Below are positions 1 to 9,410 of a stretch of DNA of 64,000 nucleotides, in pieces. The position numbers were made by a program, and so were the translations under genes. The notes below the pieces were generated by a model. It was given only the letters and a program-made list of their open reading frames with translations. It ran no database searches and was not told the origin of the DNA. Every line of letters begins with the position of its first letter. Positions within the stretch are counted from its first letter, which is position 1. Source of the DNA: Bdellovibrionales bacterium (GTDB taxonomy: Bacteria > Bdellovibrionota > Bdellovibrionia > Bdellovibrionales > JAUICD01); the NCBI GenBank assembly GCA_965203275.1, contig OZ241865.1, positions 1,952,001 to 2,016,000 of the forward strand. The letters are read 5' to 3'.

Positions 1-330
1 TCCAATAGAACGAAAAAAAATATCTACAGAAGAAGGTGATGATAAGCGAATGCGATCACCTAAAATAGCTCCACCACTTAAAGGACTGGTGGGGTCTATA
101 GCCAACACCCCTATTTTCATTTTTTTTTGATGTGCTTGTTCTATCAGGCAGTTGATCAGTACAGATTTACCAACACCCATTGCACCTGTAATGCCCACTC
201 GAAAAGCCAAGTGAGGAGGATTCAGTAGCTGTTCATATTGTAAAACAGATACCCCTAACCGATCTATCTCTGTCAGTAAATGAGACAAGTCTTTATAAGA
301 GGTTTGAGCTTGTTGTAAAAGAGTGATCAT
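1..330 (-). CDS. meaB: MeaB/ArgK-family GTPase (methylmalonyl-CoA mutase chaperone), 5' part only; runs off the window start
   Basis: Manual translation from ATG at 330: ...FRVGITGAMGVGKS...KIGVLAIDPTSPLSGGAILGDRIR...FFRSIG, the P-loop plus DP(S/T)SP.SGGA.LGDR.R signature. Not in the ORF track. Confidence 0.85.
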   Translation of the reverse strand, partial: MITLLQQAQTSYKDLSHLLTEIDRLGVSVLQYEQLLNPPHLAFRVGITGAMGVGKSVLINCLIEQAHQKKMKIGVLAIDPTSPLSGGAILGDRIRLSSPSSVDIFFRSIG

Positions 331-382
331 TTTATTGTTTTAGGATATTGTTTGTTTTCTGTGATTTTAAGTAAAAATGATA

Positions 383-1846
383 CTAAAAAAACTTTTTACG
401 TTTAGAGGAAGGCAAGATTCCTAAGCTTTCTCTATATTTTGCCACTGTCCTTCGAGCAATTTTAATACCATCTTCTTGTTCTAATGCATCAATAATTTTT
501 TGATCTGAAAATGGCTTTCTGGGGTCTTCCTTTTTAATCATTTCTTGGATTTTTATTTTGACAGCTTTACTGGCTAAATCTTTGCCATTGGTCTTGATAC
601 TAGAGCTAAAGAAATATTTTAGCTCAAAAATACCTTTAGGTGTATGGACATATTTATTGTTAGTGACTCGACTCACTGTAGATTCATGCATGCCAATATC
701 TTGAGCAATATCTTTGAGATTCATTGGGGTAATATGAGTGACGCCTTTTTCTAAAAACTCTTTTTGATGTTTCACAATACTTTCTGTCACCTTACGAATA
801 GTATCTTGCCTGCGATAAATAGATTGCATTAAGAAATTTGCAGATTTGATTTTTTGCTTAAGATAGTCTTTTGTACCATCATTGTTATTTTTGTTGTTGA
901 GTTCTTTGGCATAGCGGTCAGAAATTTTCAGTTTGGGTATACCATCATCATTTAAGACAATTTCATATTTATGACCCACCTTGTAAACATAAATATCAGG
1001 GATGACATGCTGCGTCTCTGTTGAAGAAAAAATCCGCCCTGGTTTAGGGTCCATTTCCTCTAATATCTTACAAATATCTCTGATATGCTCTACATCTTTT
1101 TTCATGGCCTTAGCAATAGCCATATAATTTTTCTGTTCAAGGTGTTTCAAGTGGTTGCTGATCAGTTCAATGACATCACAAGTGTTTTCTTGCAAATGCC
1201 TTGCTTGAATTAAAAGACATTCTTTAAGATTTCTTGCTCCCACACCTGGAGGATCGAATTCTTGCAAAAATGGCAGGAGCCTTTCAAGATCATGCAGTGC
1301 TATATTTGTTTCTTGTGCGATTGTTTCTAAAGGCTTTTCAATATAGCCATTATCGTTGACATAATCGATAAGGACAGTAATGATATCTACATCATTTTTT
1401 TCATTATTCAGTCCTGATGTTTTAACCTGCCAGAGAAGATGGTCAAAAAGAGTGGTTTTGACAGGGATTAAGTTCTCATAATTCATAATTTCATCTTTAC
1501 GGCCTGCCTTTCTATACTCTCTTTGATGATGGTAGGTATTATCGTAATAATGCTCTAAGTTAAAGTCATCATGCTCTTGTTTACGAGGATCATCGTCTTT
1601 GGGAGCTATATCGCTTTCTTTAATTTCTTGCCGATCTCCTTCTGTTTTAACGGCAGTATCTTCTGTATTTTCTTGGATTTCTTCAAGTATGGGATTTTCT
1701 ATGATTTCCTTTTGGATGGTGTTTTCAAGCTCTAGTCTGGACATTTGTAATAATTTAATAGCTTGTTGAAGTTGTGGGGTAATCTTCAGAGTCTGTGATT
1801 GAGAAAGATGTAATCCTTGCTTAAAACCTTGTGCCATAATAAACAC
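383..1846 (-). CDS. rpoN: RNA polymerase sigma-54 factor
   Basis: N-terminal TPQLQQAIKLLQ, DPPGVGARNL.ECL, HESTVSR HTH and RpoN box ARRTVAKYRE. True start probably MAQG at 1837. Confidence 0.97.
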   Translation of the reverse strand: MFIMAQGFKQGLHLSQSQTLKITPQLQQAIKLLQMSRLELENTIQKEIIENPILEEIQENTEDTAVKTEGDRQEIKESDIAPKDDDPRKQEHDDFNLEHYYDNTYHHQREYRKAGRKDEIMNYENLIPVKTTLFDHLLWQVKTSGLNNEKNDVDIITVLIDYVNDNGYIEKPLETIAQETNIALHDLERLLPFLQEFDPPGVGARNLKECLLIQARHLQENTCDVIELISNHLKHLEQKNYMAIAKAMKKDVEHIRDICKILEEMDPKPGRIFSSTETQHVIPDIYVYKVGHKYEIVLNDDGIPKLKISDRYAKELNNKNNNDGTKDYLKQKIKSANFLMQSIYRRQDTIRKVTESIVKHQKEFLEKGVTHITPMNLKDIAQDIGMHESTVSRVTNNKYVHTPKGIFELKYFFSSSIKTNGKDLASKAVKIKIQEMIKKEDPRKPFSDQKIIDALEQEDGIKIARRTVAKYRESLGILPSSKRKKFF

Positions 1847-2086
1847 CCTACCCTTTTTTATGACCTTACTTATATATTTTACACTTTTTGTTTTTTTTGT
1901 ATATTTTTACTTCCATTTTATAGACTTTAAGGTTATGACCTTAAAATATCCATTTATATATTTATCGGTCATATTTTGAGATTTATAAAATATCATCGGT
2001 TTTTATGTATTTTTTTAAAAAATGTATTATAATAAGACATATATAATTAAGAAACACATATAATTAAGACATATAATTATAATTAA

Positions 2087-2204
2087 GACACATAATATAA
2101 AAGATATATAATATAAAAGACATATAATATAAAAGACATATAATATAAAAGACATATAATATAAAAGACATATAATATAAAAGACATATAATATAAAAGA
2201 CATA
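2087..2204. repeat. Tandem repeat, 16-bp unit GACATATAATATAAAA, about 7 copies, with degenerate copies back to ~2035
   Basis: Unit starts at 2087, 2103, 2119, 2135, 2151, 2167, 2183, 2199; lies between divergent rpoN and the Lys-rich gene. Confidence 0.9.
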
Positions 2205-2362
2205 AGACAAATGAAATAAATGTTGTCTAAAGTCTAAATTTAGTGTTTAAATTAGTGTTTAAAAGAAAGGTTAAGTGTTTTTTTATCGTTTTATCGTAGG
2301 ATAGAATTAAATAGTAAAATGTAATTGCAATATTTTTAAACCAAGTTAAGGAGGATTTCATT

Positions 2363-3184
2363 ATGGCTAAAGCTAAAAAGAAGCAATCTAAAAAGAAGCA
2401 AACCGCAACTCGTAAAGTATCTCGTTCTTCTAAAAAGGCAACCAAGAGATCAACAGCAAAAAAGAAGCCTGTAAAAGCAAATAAAAAGAAAAAGGCTAAA
2501 AAGGCTGTTAAAAAGAAGTCTAAAGCAAAAAAAGTGTCTCCAAAAAAGAAAAAGACACTAAAGAAAACATCTGTAAAAGCAAAACGTTTGAAGAAAAAGG
2601 TACAAAAGAAGAAAGTTGCAAAAAAATCTAAACCCAAAGCCACTTCTAAAAAAAAATCTCAAAAGGTAAAAAAGAAGACTCAAAAAAAGAAAATTCAAAA
2701 GAAGAAGACTCAACAGAAGAAGAAGCAGGTAGTTTCTAAGAAGACTAAAAAAACAGCTAAAAAAACTAAAGTGTCTTCTATTAAAAAAGCAAAGGCCAAA
2801 AAGACCAAAAAAACTCAAAGGCCTAAAAAACCTCAAAAGCCTGTAGTGCCTTCTTTGCAAGAGATTCAAGAAGACTCTCAAGTTCCTTTAATATCTAAAA
2901 ATCCTTTAGCTGTGGATGATCATCTCACACATCATCATGATGATGATGATCTCTTATCTGATGATGTAGATAATATAAATGATGATCAAATGGATGAGGA
3001 CGATGATGATGATTTAGGAATGGGTGGTTTAAGGCATGATGATTTTGATGATGATGAGGACGATGATGATGATTTTGATGGATCGGATGACCATTTAAGG
3101 GAAATTGACATGGACAATGAGGGTGACGATGATATGCATGATGATTTCCATGATGATGATGAGGAGGACGACAGTTTAATATAG
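2363..3184 (+). CDS. Histone H1-like Lys-rich protein with Asp/His-rich C-terminal tail
   Basis: About 160 aa of K/A/S/T-rich low complexity followed by a D-rich tail; strong RBS AAGGAGG upstream. Confidence 0.8.
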   Translation: MAKAKKKQSKKKQTATRKVSRSSKKATKRSTAKKKPVKANKKKKAKKAVKKKSKAKKVSPKKKKTLKKTSVKAKRLKKKVQKKKVAKKSKPKATSKKKSQKVKKKTQKKKIQKKKTQQKKKQVVSKKTKKTAKKTKVSSIKKAKAKKTKKTQRPKKPQKPVVPSLQEIQEDSQVPLISKNPLAVDDHLTHHHDDDDLLSDDVDNINDDQMDEDDDDDLGMGGLRHDDFDDDEDDDDDFDGSDDHLREIDMDNEGDDDMHDDFHDDDEEDDSLI

Positions 3185-3196
3185 TGAGAGTGTCAT

Positions 3197-3305
3197 ATCT
3201 AAATCTTCTCAAAACTGACATTCTATTTCTCTGAAACATTCTTGATTTAGTAGATATACGAAATTAGAGGTAATAAATTCCAGGAAGGTCATTTTATAGT
3301 ATGAA
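3197..3305. repeat. Structured repeat family E (CTCTGAAA...CGAAATTAGA), degenerate copy
   Basis: Aligns by eye with 53750-53852 (tctctgaaa..ttcttgattt.gt.gat.tacgaaattagag..at..attc.aggaagg). Confidence 0.7.
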
Positions 3306-3310
3306 GGGAT

Positions 3311-3793
3311 TGTTCCCTCAACATGCTGTTATCTGGGGATCTGGGGGTCCGGGATCTGGGATCGGGCAACCCGGCAGGGATGAAGTGAAAGTCTTGTTTC
3401 CTTAACATGGTATAAAGGTATGAGAGGATTCTCTTTCCGGGATCTGGGATCGGGCAACCCGGCATCAGGCAGGAAAGGCATTTTGTTTCCTTAACATTGT
3501 GTTAAAAAACGAAGGGATCCTCCCTACTAAAAGTGGTCAGACAGCAAGCTTCTCTGAAGCTTGCCATGTAACAACACTAGGTTGCCAGCATTGATGAAGG
3601 AACTTTTTCCTTAACATGTAGTAAAGAAATGAAGGGATCCTCCATACTCAAAGTGAACAGGCTTTCTAGGTTGCCAGCAATTGAGAAGGCGAAAGCCTTC
3701 GGCTGGCAACCAGAAAGTGACCAGAGGTCAGTTTACTTTTAGTGAAAATCAAATGAAGCAATGACCATTTTGTCAACGGCGTAAAAAGTGAAA
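3311..3793 (+). repeat. Cluster of structured repeat family A with GGGATC(C/T) heptamer modules
   Basis: Several TTCCTTAACAT starts, a junction unit at ~3607-3747 with a GAAA-capped stem and TGAC-CAGAG-GTCA hairpin. Confidence 0.9.
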
Positions 3794-3887
3794 TAAATAG
3801 TTTGCCTTGATGTTGATACTCTATAATAAGCTACATGTTTTTTGATATTTTCCATCAAATATATTTTTGATTTTTAACAATTGAATA

Positions 3888-4958
3888 TCAAGGTTTAGAT
3901 TTCATAAAATCCTCAAAATTTTGTATTGGTAGTTTTACTATTGTCTTTAATTTATCCCCTCTTTCTTTGAGGGGTCCATCCTCCGTAATGAAAGCTTTTG
4001 AATAAACAAAAAATGGTAAAAATAAGTCGTCATTCCATTGATTCTTTCTACAGCGAACAAATTTTTCACCACGTATTTTTTTTATATCTTCATGCATGAG
4101 ATAGCTATAATAACCTATAGATGCGTATGTTTTTAAAAATGGATATTTTTTTTCTGTGAAAAAGTCTTTGCCATAGTTTTTTATTAGATCGTCAACATCT
4201 TTTTTGAGAAGTATCTGATTGGAAATTTCCCGATGTACAAAATCTTGCGATATGATTGTATTTTTTATGTAGATTGCCTTTTGGTTTATCTCTTTTAATT
4301 TTTGGTGCGTAAGTGTTGTCTCTAGCTTTCCCGTAAGAGTTGAATATATTAAAGATTTATATATGATCTTTTCTAAAAAAATAGAATGGCAGGAAAAGTA
4401 ATTCGCTTTATAAGGATTATATCCATTTTCTTTAAAATCCTTGCATATTTCCTCGTCAAATTTTCTGTGTTCTTTTGTTCCAAAAAGTTGATCGTTTATA
4501 CGTTCTTCCTTTTCCTTATCAGAATCACCAGGGGGGTCTGTTTTTTCATTGAGTTTTTTATTATCCACTTTTAGTTTTTCTATAAAGCCATTTACATCTT
4601 TTAAACCTTCTTTCAAATATTTATCTGAAAAGACTGGAATTTCTTTTAAAACCACATCTTCTATCTCTTTTTTTATAATAAAAGGTAGATCTGATAAAAC
4701 CTTTGCCTGTTTTTCTATCACCAAATATTTGATAACTTCTACCCTTTTTATGTTTTCGTCCTTATTATTTTTCTGCATTCCTACTTCTCTTAACACTTGA
4801 GGAGCTATAAAGATTATGCCACCTCTTTCTTTTACTTTCTTACAAAAGGCATCTATTATTTGGTTATCTTTAAATTTCTCAGAGATTATATTAGTGTCTA
4901 TCAAAACCATTTTTGATTTACCTTCTTTATCTCTAAAATCTATATTCATATTCCACAT
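3888..4958 (-). CDS. PIN-like domain protein (putative nuclease)
   Basis: N-terminal VLIDTNII and PQVLRE; C-terminal WNDDLF..F...FITED acidic motifs typical of the PIN fold. Confidence 0.55.
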   Translation of the reverse strand: MWNMNIDFRDKEGKSKMVLIDTNIISEKFKDNQIIDAFCKKVKERGGIIFIAPQVLREVGMQKNNKDENIKRVEVIKYLVIEKQAKVLSDLPFIIKKEIEDVVLKEIPVFSDKYLKEGLKDVNGFIEKLKVDNKKLNEKTDPPGDSDKEKEERINDQLFGTKEHRKFDEEICKDFKENGYNPYKANYFSCHSIFLEKIIYKSLIYSTLTGKLETTLTHQKLKEINQKAIYIKNTIISQDFVHREISNQILLKKDVDDLIKNYGKDFFTEKKYPFLKTYASIGYYSYLMHEDIKKIRGEKFVRCRKNQWNDDLFLPFFVYSKAFITEDGPLKERGDKLKTIVKLPIQNFEDFMKSKP

Positions 4959-5005
4959 CCTTTCTTTTCTTTGTTAAATTAATTTTAAATAAATACCTAA
5001 AGAAA

Positions 5006-5032
5006 GTATCGGTATGACTTTGGTCTGATTTG
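5006..5032 (-). promoter_or_regulatory. Putative sigma-28 (FliA)-type promoter upstream of the PIN-like gene
   Basis: Minus strand CAAA-N15-ACCGATAC versus consensus TAAA-N15-GCCGATAA. Confidence 0.4.
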
Positions 5033-5093
5033 ATGATTTATTTGATAAAAGATAAAAAAAGATTCTTTTTTTGAGACAAATATAGAATTGGTC

Positions 5094-5690
5094 TTATTCT
5101 GTAGCTCCGGCCTCTTTTAATAGTCTTACAATCTCAATATGATTATTCTCACTAGCCAACTTTAAAGCCGTCCAACCGCTTTTGTTTTGATGACTGAGGT
5201 CAGCTCCGGCCTCTTTTAATAGCCTTACAATATCAATATGATTATTCTCACTAGCAGACATTAAAGCCGTCCAACCTAATCTGTTTTTATGATTGACGTT
5301 AGCTCCGGCCGCTAGCAATAGCTTTACAATCTCTATATGGCCTGCAAAACTAGCCAACATTAAAGCCGACAGTTTAAATATGTCTTGATGATTGACGTTA
5401 GCTCCGGCCGCTAGCAATAACTTTACAATCTCTGTATGGCCTGCAGAACTAGCCAACATTAAAACCGACATTTTAAATATGTCTTGATAATTGACGTCCG
5501 CACCTTTTTCTAGCAATTCCCTTACCGATCTACGGCTACCGGAAACAACGCGATTTAATAAGTCATTATTGAGTAATTCCCTCTCACTTTGATTTGGCAT
5601 AAGGCTTTCAGAATAAGCCCATAGAGAATCACTAGAAACAAGCAAAGCAATAAATAGGATAAAAATATATTTTTTCATTTGTACCTTCAT
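5094..5690 (-). CDS. Secreted ankyrin-repeat protein
   Basis: Signal peptide KKYIFILFIALLVSSDS; 4 repeats of GA(D/N)VN...(T/S)ALM.AS..GH.EIV.LLL; ends LLKEAGATE. Confidence 0.92.
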   Translation of the reverse strand: MKVQMKKYIFILFIALLVSSDSLWAYSESLMPNQSERELLNNDLLNRVVSGSRRSVRELLEKGADVNYQDIFKMSVLMLASSAGHTEIVKLLLAAGANVNHQDIFKLSALMLASFAGHIEIVKLLLAAGANVNHKNRLGWTALMSASENNHIDIVRLLKEAGADLSHQNKSGWTALKLASENNHIEIVRLLKEAGATE

Positions 5691-5741
5691 TTGAATTTTT
5701 GATTTTATAACAACATATCTCTAATAAGAAGTCAAGCCGTT

Positions 5742-6120
5742 ATTTTCACTCAAAATGCATCATGCCTCTGGCATGTTTTTGGGCGTTTGTCTCACTAAAA
5801 ATAAACCAGCCTCTGGCTGTTTTTGGCGATGACCACGACGGCTCTCGCCGTCGATAAAATGGTCATCACCTAGTGTTTGTTACATGGCAAGCTTCAGAGA
5901 AGCTTGCTGTCTGACCACTTTTAGTAGGAAAAGGATCCTCTCGTCTCTTGACAGGATGTTAAGGAAAAAGCTCCTTCTTACGCCTTGAGTGTTGCCTGCA
6001 ATGGCGAAAGCCTTTGCGGTCATTGTCCAAAAGTAGCCAGAGGCCAGTTCACTTTGAGTGAAACAGAGGTCAGACCACTTTGAGTGAAAATGACGGCATG
6101 ATGCATTTTGAGTGAAATAG
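5742..6120. repeat. Cluster of structured repeat family A (minus-oriented unit, then stacked plus-oriented right ends)
   Basis: CCTCTGG hairpins at ~5763 and ~5807, CCAGAGG at ~6036, three successive ...TGAGTGAAA ends. Confidence 0.9.
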
Positions 6121-6121
6121 A

Positions 6122-6430
6122 CTAGCTTTTCTTTATATTATTTATAGAATCCGAAGCCATCACAATAAAACCAAGATCATCTAAAGACATCAAATAAGCA
6201 ATGTCTGTTATAACTTGCCAATACAATGTTTCCTTTTCATTCAATGTGTTTAAATAATTCTGAATTTCTTTCTCTTCTTCCTCTTGATCATTGGTTTCTT
6301 TCAGCGATTCATTACAAAACCTTTTAATAAAAAGTTCGGGATTGATGCCATCCTTATGCATCATACAACACAAGGATTCAAGCATATCTTTATAAGTATC
6401 AAGCTTATCCAATTTTTTCTTATCATTCAT
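6122..6430 (-). CDS. Hypothetical protein
   Basis: 102-aa ORF with protein-like composition; no motif recognised. Confidence 0.45.
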   Translation of the reverse strand: MNDKKKLDKLDTYKDMLESLCCMMHKDGINPELFIKRFCNESLKETNDQEEEEKEIQNYLNTLNEKETLYWQVITDIAYLMSLDDLGFIVMASDSINNIKKS

Positions 6431-6578
6431 AATAAAAACTTTATAGGATTATTTTCTAAGAAAGTCAAAAAAAATAAAATATAGTGATTGATTATAGATA
6501 AGGATAATTTAACAAACTTATTAAGCTTTGTACGATCATTTAAAATATCTATAATACATTGGTTCATGAAACTTTCCC

Positions 6579-7502
6579 TTACTTTTGTTTTAGCCTTTGA
6601 TATGTTAGATCAACATATTTTTGTGATATTTCATAGCCAATCCAATACCTTTTGCTTTGCTGTGCAGCAAGAGCCGTGGTCCCGCTTCCCATAAAAGGAT
6701 CGAGAATCACATCTCCTGAAAAAGTATATAAATTAATAAAGCGGGTGGGTAACTCTATGGGGTAAGGGGCAGGATGTCCAATTTTTTTGGCAGATTCAGA
6801 TGGAAAATTCCACACACTTTTTGTCCATTCAAGGAAATCTTCTTTATTAATTGTGGGACTCTTATTACTGTTGTAGTCTGGCTTTTTTCTCATAAAATTC
6901 CCTTTACAATAGATCATAATATATTCATGGACGTCACGTAGAACAGGATTAGATGGCGACATCCAACTGCCCCATGCACAAGATGTTCCAGCACTTGCTG
7001 ATTTATTCCAAATAATTTCACCCCTCATCAAAAAACCTATGCTCAGCATGTCTGAAGTAATGACTGTGTTAAGAGGAATATAGGGTTTACGACCAATATT
7101 AGCAATATTGATACATATTCTACCACCATCAACTAAAACGCGATAAGCTTCTTTCCATACACGATAGAGCATAGCTTGATATTCATTGATTGTAAGGTCT
7201 TCATCATAATCCTTTCCTACGTTATAGGGAGGTGAGGTGACTATGAGATGAATACTATTGTCAGGGATTTCTGACATACTTTCGCTAGAGTGAACATAGA
7301 TTTTATTTAAGTAAGATTTTGGTAATATATTTTCTGTTGAATAATGGTTTAGAGATTTGTTCATTCTGTTGTAGATTTTACGATTATAAAATTTATTTGA
7401 ATGGTGTCCAACACGTTCTCCCACTCCAAAACTTCTCATTTGACTTCTTGCCATAACAAATCCTTGATACTTGTTGGGGTTACATGTCAACCGGTATGTC
7501 AA
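6579..7502 (-). CDS. Beta-class N4/N6 DNA methyltransferase (orphan)
   Basis: Catalytic motif LIVTSPPY precedes HPAPYP and the SAM-binding ILDPFMGSGTT. Start probably later (MARSQ). Confidence 0.92.
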   Translation of the reverse strand: MTYRLTCNPNKYQGFVMARSQMRSFGVGERVGHHSNKFYNRKIYNRMNKSLNHYSTENILPKSYLNKIYVHSSESMSEIPDNSIHLIVTSPPYNVGKDYDEDLTINEYQAMLYRVWKEAYRVLVDGGRICINIANIGRKPYIPLNTVITSDMLSIGFLMRGEIIWNKSASAGTSCAWGSWMSPSNPVLRDVHEYIMIYCKGNFMRKKPDYNSNKSPTINKEDFLEWTKSVWNFPSESAKKIGHPAPYPIELPTRFINLYTFSGDVILDPFMGSGTTALAAQQSKRYWIGYEISQKYVDLTYQRLKQK

Positions 7503-7866
7503 CCGGTTGTCAATTTTAGGTTAAATTCAAAATAGTGTTATTATAATCATCTTTTTTAATATATGGCAACATAGCTTTTTATTTGCTTTGTTTTCTTAAA
7601 GCTTCAACAGCCTCTTTGATTCCTTTTTGTTTGTCTTTGTTTTAAAATTATATCTTTCTGATTGTTTTGATGCTCTTGCAATGTCCACCCTCTTAATTAT
7701 GGTTAATTATTCAAGAATACTGATTTTACAGTTTAATGTACCATAAACACAATGTCATATTTGGTCAATATTTCTAATTGTTATCTTTTCTCATAACGCA
7801 TACAACACAATATAAACATTATGAAAAGCTAACCATGCTATTATTTCAAAATAATTGATTTTATAA

Positions 7867-8058
7867 GGTATAGCATCGCATGATTATATTTTAACCCCGG
7901 GAAGATATGTAGGGACAGCAGAGGTCAAAGGTGATGGTATTCCCTTTCATCAAAAGATGAGAGATTTGACCAAGGAGTTAAGTGGTTATTTTAAGGAGTC
8001 TGATAAATTAGAAAAAGAAATTAAGAGCAGTTTATCAGCCATTGGCTTTAAAATATAG
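7867..8058 (+). pseudogene. hsdM: 3' remnant of type I RM methyltransferase HsdM
   Basis: Translation IASHDYILTPGRYVGTAEVKGDGIPFHQKMRDLTKELSGYFKESDKLEKEIKSSLSAIGFKI*, the typical HsdM C-terminus; in-frame stop directly upstream and no start. Confidence 0.85.
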
Positions 8059-8092
8059 CTAAAAGCTTTGATTAAGAAGTATTTGATTATCT

Positions 8093-8170
8093 CTTTTCTT
8101 GACTTTTTTATAAAATTTCTTGACTTTTTTATAAAATTTCTTGACTTTTCTTATAAAGATGCTATTCTAT
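8093..8170 (+). promoter_or_regulatory. Triplicated 21-bp unit containing TTGACT (-35), last copy followed by an extended -10
   Basis: TTTCTTGACTTTTTTATAAAA x3, then TGCTATTCT. Confidence 0.55.
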
Positions 8171-8259
8171 CAAATAGACGACCCCTACTTACTCGGGTAG
8201 GGTGCGAGGTTATGGCTAACTTAGCTATAACCTCTGCTTTTTATAAAAGGTTTTGAGGT

Positions 8260-8451
8260 TTGAAAACAATTGTTTATGTGGATGGTTTTAATCTTTATTA
8301 TGGTTGTTTGAAGGGAACTACCTATAAATGGCTTGATTTGTTAAAGCTATCAAAATTTTTATTACCACAACACAAGATTTTAAAGATTAAATATTTCACT
8401 GCTAAAGTTTCATCTCGATTTTATAATTCCCATAATCATCTGAAAGGTTAA
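8260..8451 (+). pseudogene. NYN-domain (LabA/DUF88-like) nuclease, truncated 5' fragment
   Basis: VYVDGFNLYYG...KWLDL..L...LL......IKYFTA is the family N-terminus; ORF stops at 63 aa. Confidence 0.8.
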
Positions 8452-8452
8452 A

Positions 8453-8896
8453 ATGAACATACTATCTTTAGAAAGATCAGTTCAAGATTTAGAAGACGCT
8501 TTAGAAATGTGCCATAAGAATATAAAAGATAGTCAAGTAAATATAGAAGATACTCAATTGAGAAATATTTTTAAAGAAGCTTGTCTTTATAATTTTAAAA
8601 ACACTTATGAGATCACTTTGAAAATGATCAAAAGATATTTGAAAGAAACTTCAAGTAATCCTTTGGAAATTGAAAAAATGACTTTTAATCAAATGATTGA
8701 AAAAGCATTTGAAGAATCTATCCTTAAATCAGAGTTAAAAGAATGGAAAAGGTTTAGAGATTGCCGTATAAAATATGCTGAGAGTTATCAAAAGAAAATA
8801 GTAAATGAAATTTTAAAAGAAATTCCATTTTTTTTAAAAGAAGTAAAATATTTTATGGGTTATCTTAATAAAAAGCTAGCAAAGGAGCAACAATGA
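8453..8896 (+). CDS. HI0074-family nucleotidyltransferase substrate-binding (HEPN) protein, catalytic His apparently lost
   Basis: F..TYE...KM.KRYL and W..FR..R pattern; RIKYAES where RN.TSH is expected. Confidence 0.75.
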   Translation: MNILSLERSVQDLEDALEMCHKNIKDSQVNIEDTQLRNIFKEACLYNFKNTYEITLKMIKRYLKETSSNPLEIEKMTFNQMIEKAFEESILKSELKEWKRFRDCRIKYAESYQKKIVNEILKEIPFFLKEVKYFMGYLNKKLAKEQQ

Positions 8897-8996
8897 ATCA
8901 ATATGATAAACTGCAAAAAGCTTGACAGGCAATAAAAATCATAGATGATTTTATTGATGATGCTATTGCACTTTATCAAACTATGACAGGTCAAAC

Positions 8997-9410
8997 TTGG
9001 GAGTAAGTGTGCTTAATTTATCAAAGTTAAAAAAAGAAATAAACATTTTAGAATCAAGGCTAAAGCTCTCTGGTCAAAACTTAGACAGATTATTAAACGA
9101 TCAATGTGTACAACAGTTTGTCTTAACTTATGAAATTTGTATGCAATTCATTATAAAATATTTAGAGGAGAGTTCAGGTAGCCCTTCTGAAATAGAGCAT
9201 TTAGACTCTGAACAAATTATCAGAAAAGCTTATCGTGTTTCTATTATTAGTGAAGAACTTGAGGTTTGGAAACAATTTATAAATTTAAGAGATAAAATCA
9301 ATTCTAATTCTTTACAAGCAACTGATACAACAAAGATGATCTCTCATTTTTTAGGTGAGGCAAGGTATTTATTTAAGCAACTCCAAGAGAGGGTAAAGTA
9401 TCTTGAATAA
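8997..9410 (+). CDS. Second HI0074-family HEPN-like protein, degenerate
   Basis: DQCVQQFVLTYEIC...KYL, IIRKAY, WKQFINLR; no Rx4-6H histidine. Confidence 0.7.
   Translation: MGVSVLNLSKLKKEINILESRLKLSGQNLDRLLNDQCVQQFVLTYEICMQFIIKYLEESSGSPSEIEHLDSEQIIRKAYRVSIISEELEVWKQFINLRDKINSNSLQATDTTKMISHFLGEARYLFKQLQERVKYLE

Noticed and set aside
2227..3239. Minus-strand Phe-rich and His-rich ORFs (2227-2643, 2558-2881, 2925-3239)
   Set aside because: Antisense shadows of the Lys and Asp codon runs of 2363-3184.
7486..7506. GTCAACCGG matching part of the CRISPR repeat
   Set aside because: 9-bp match only, no spacer structure.
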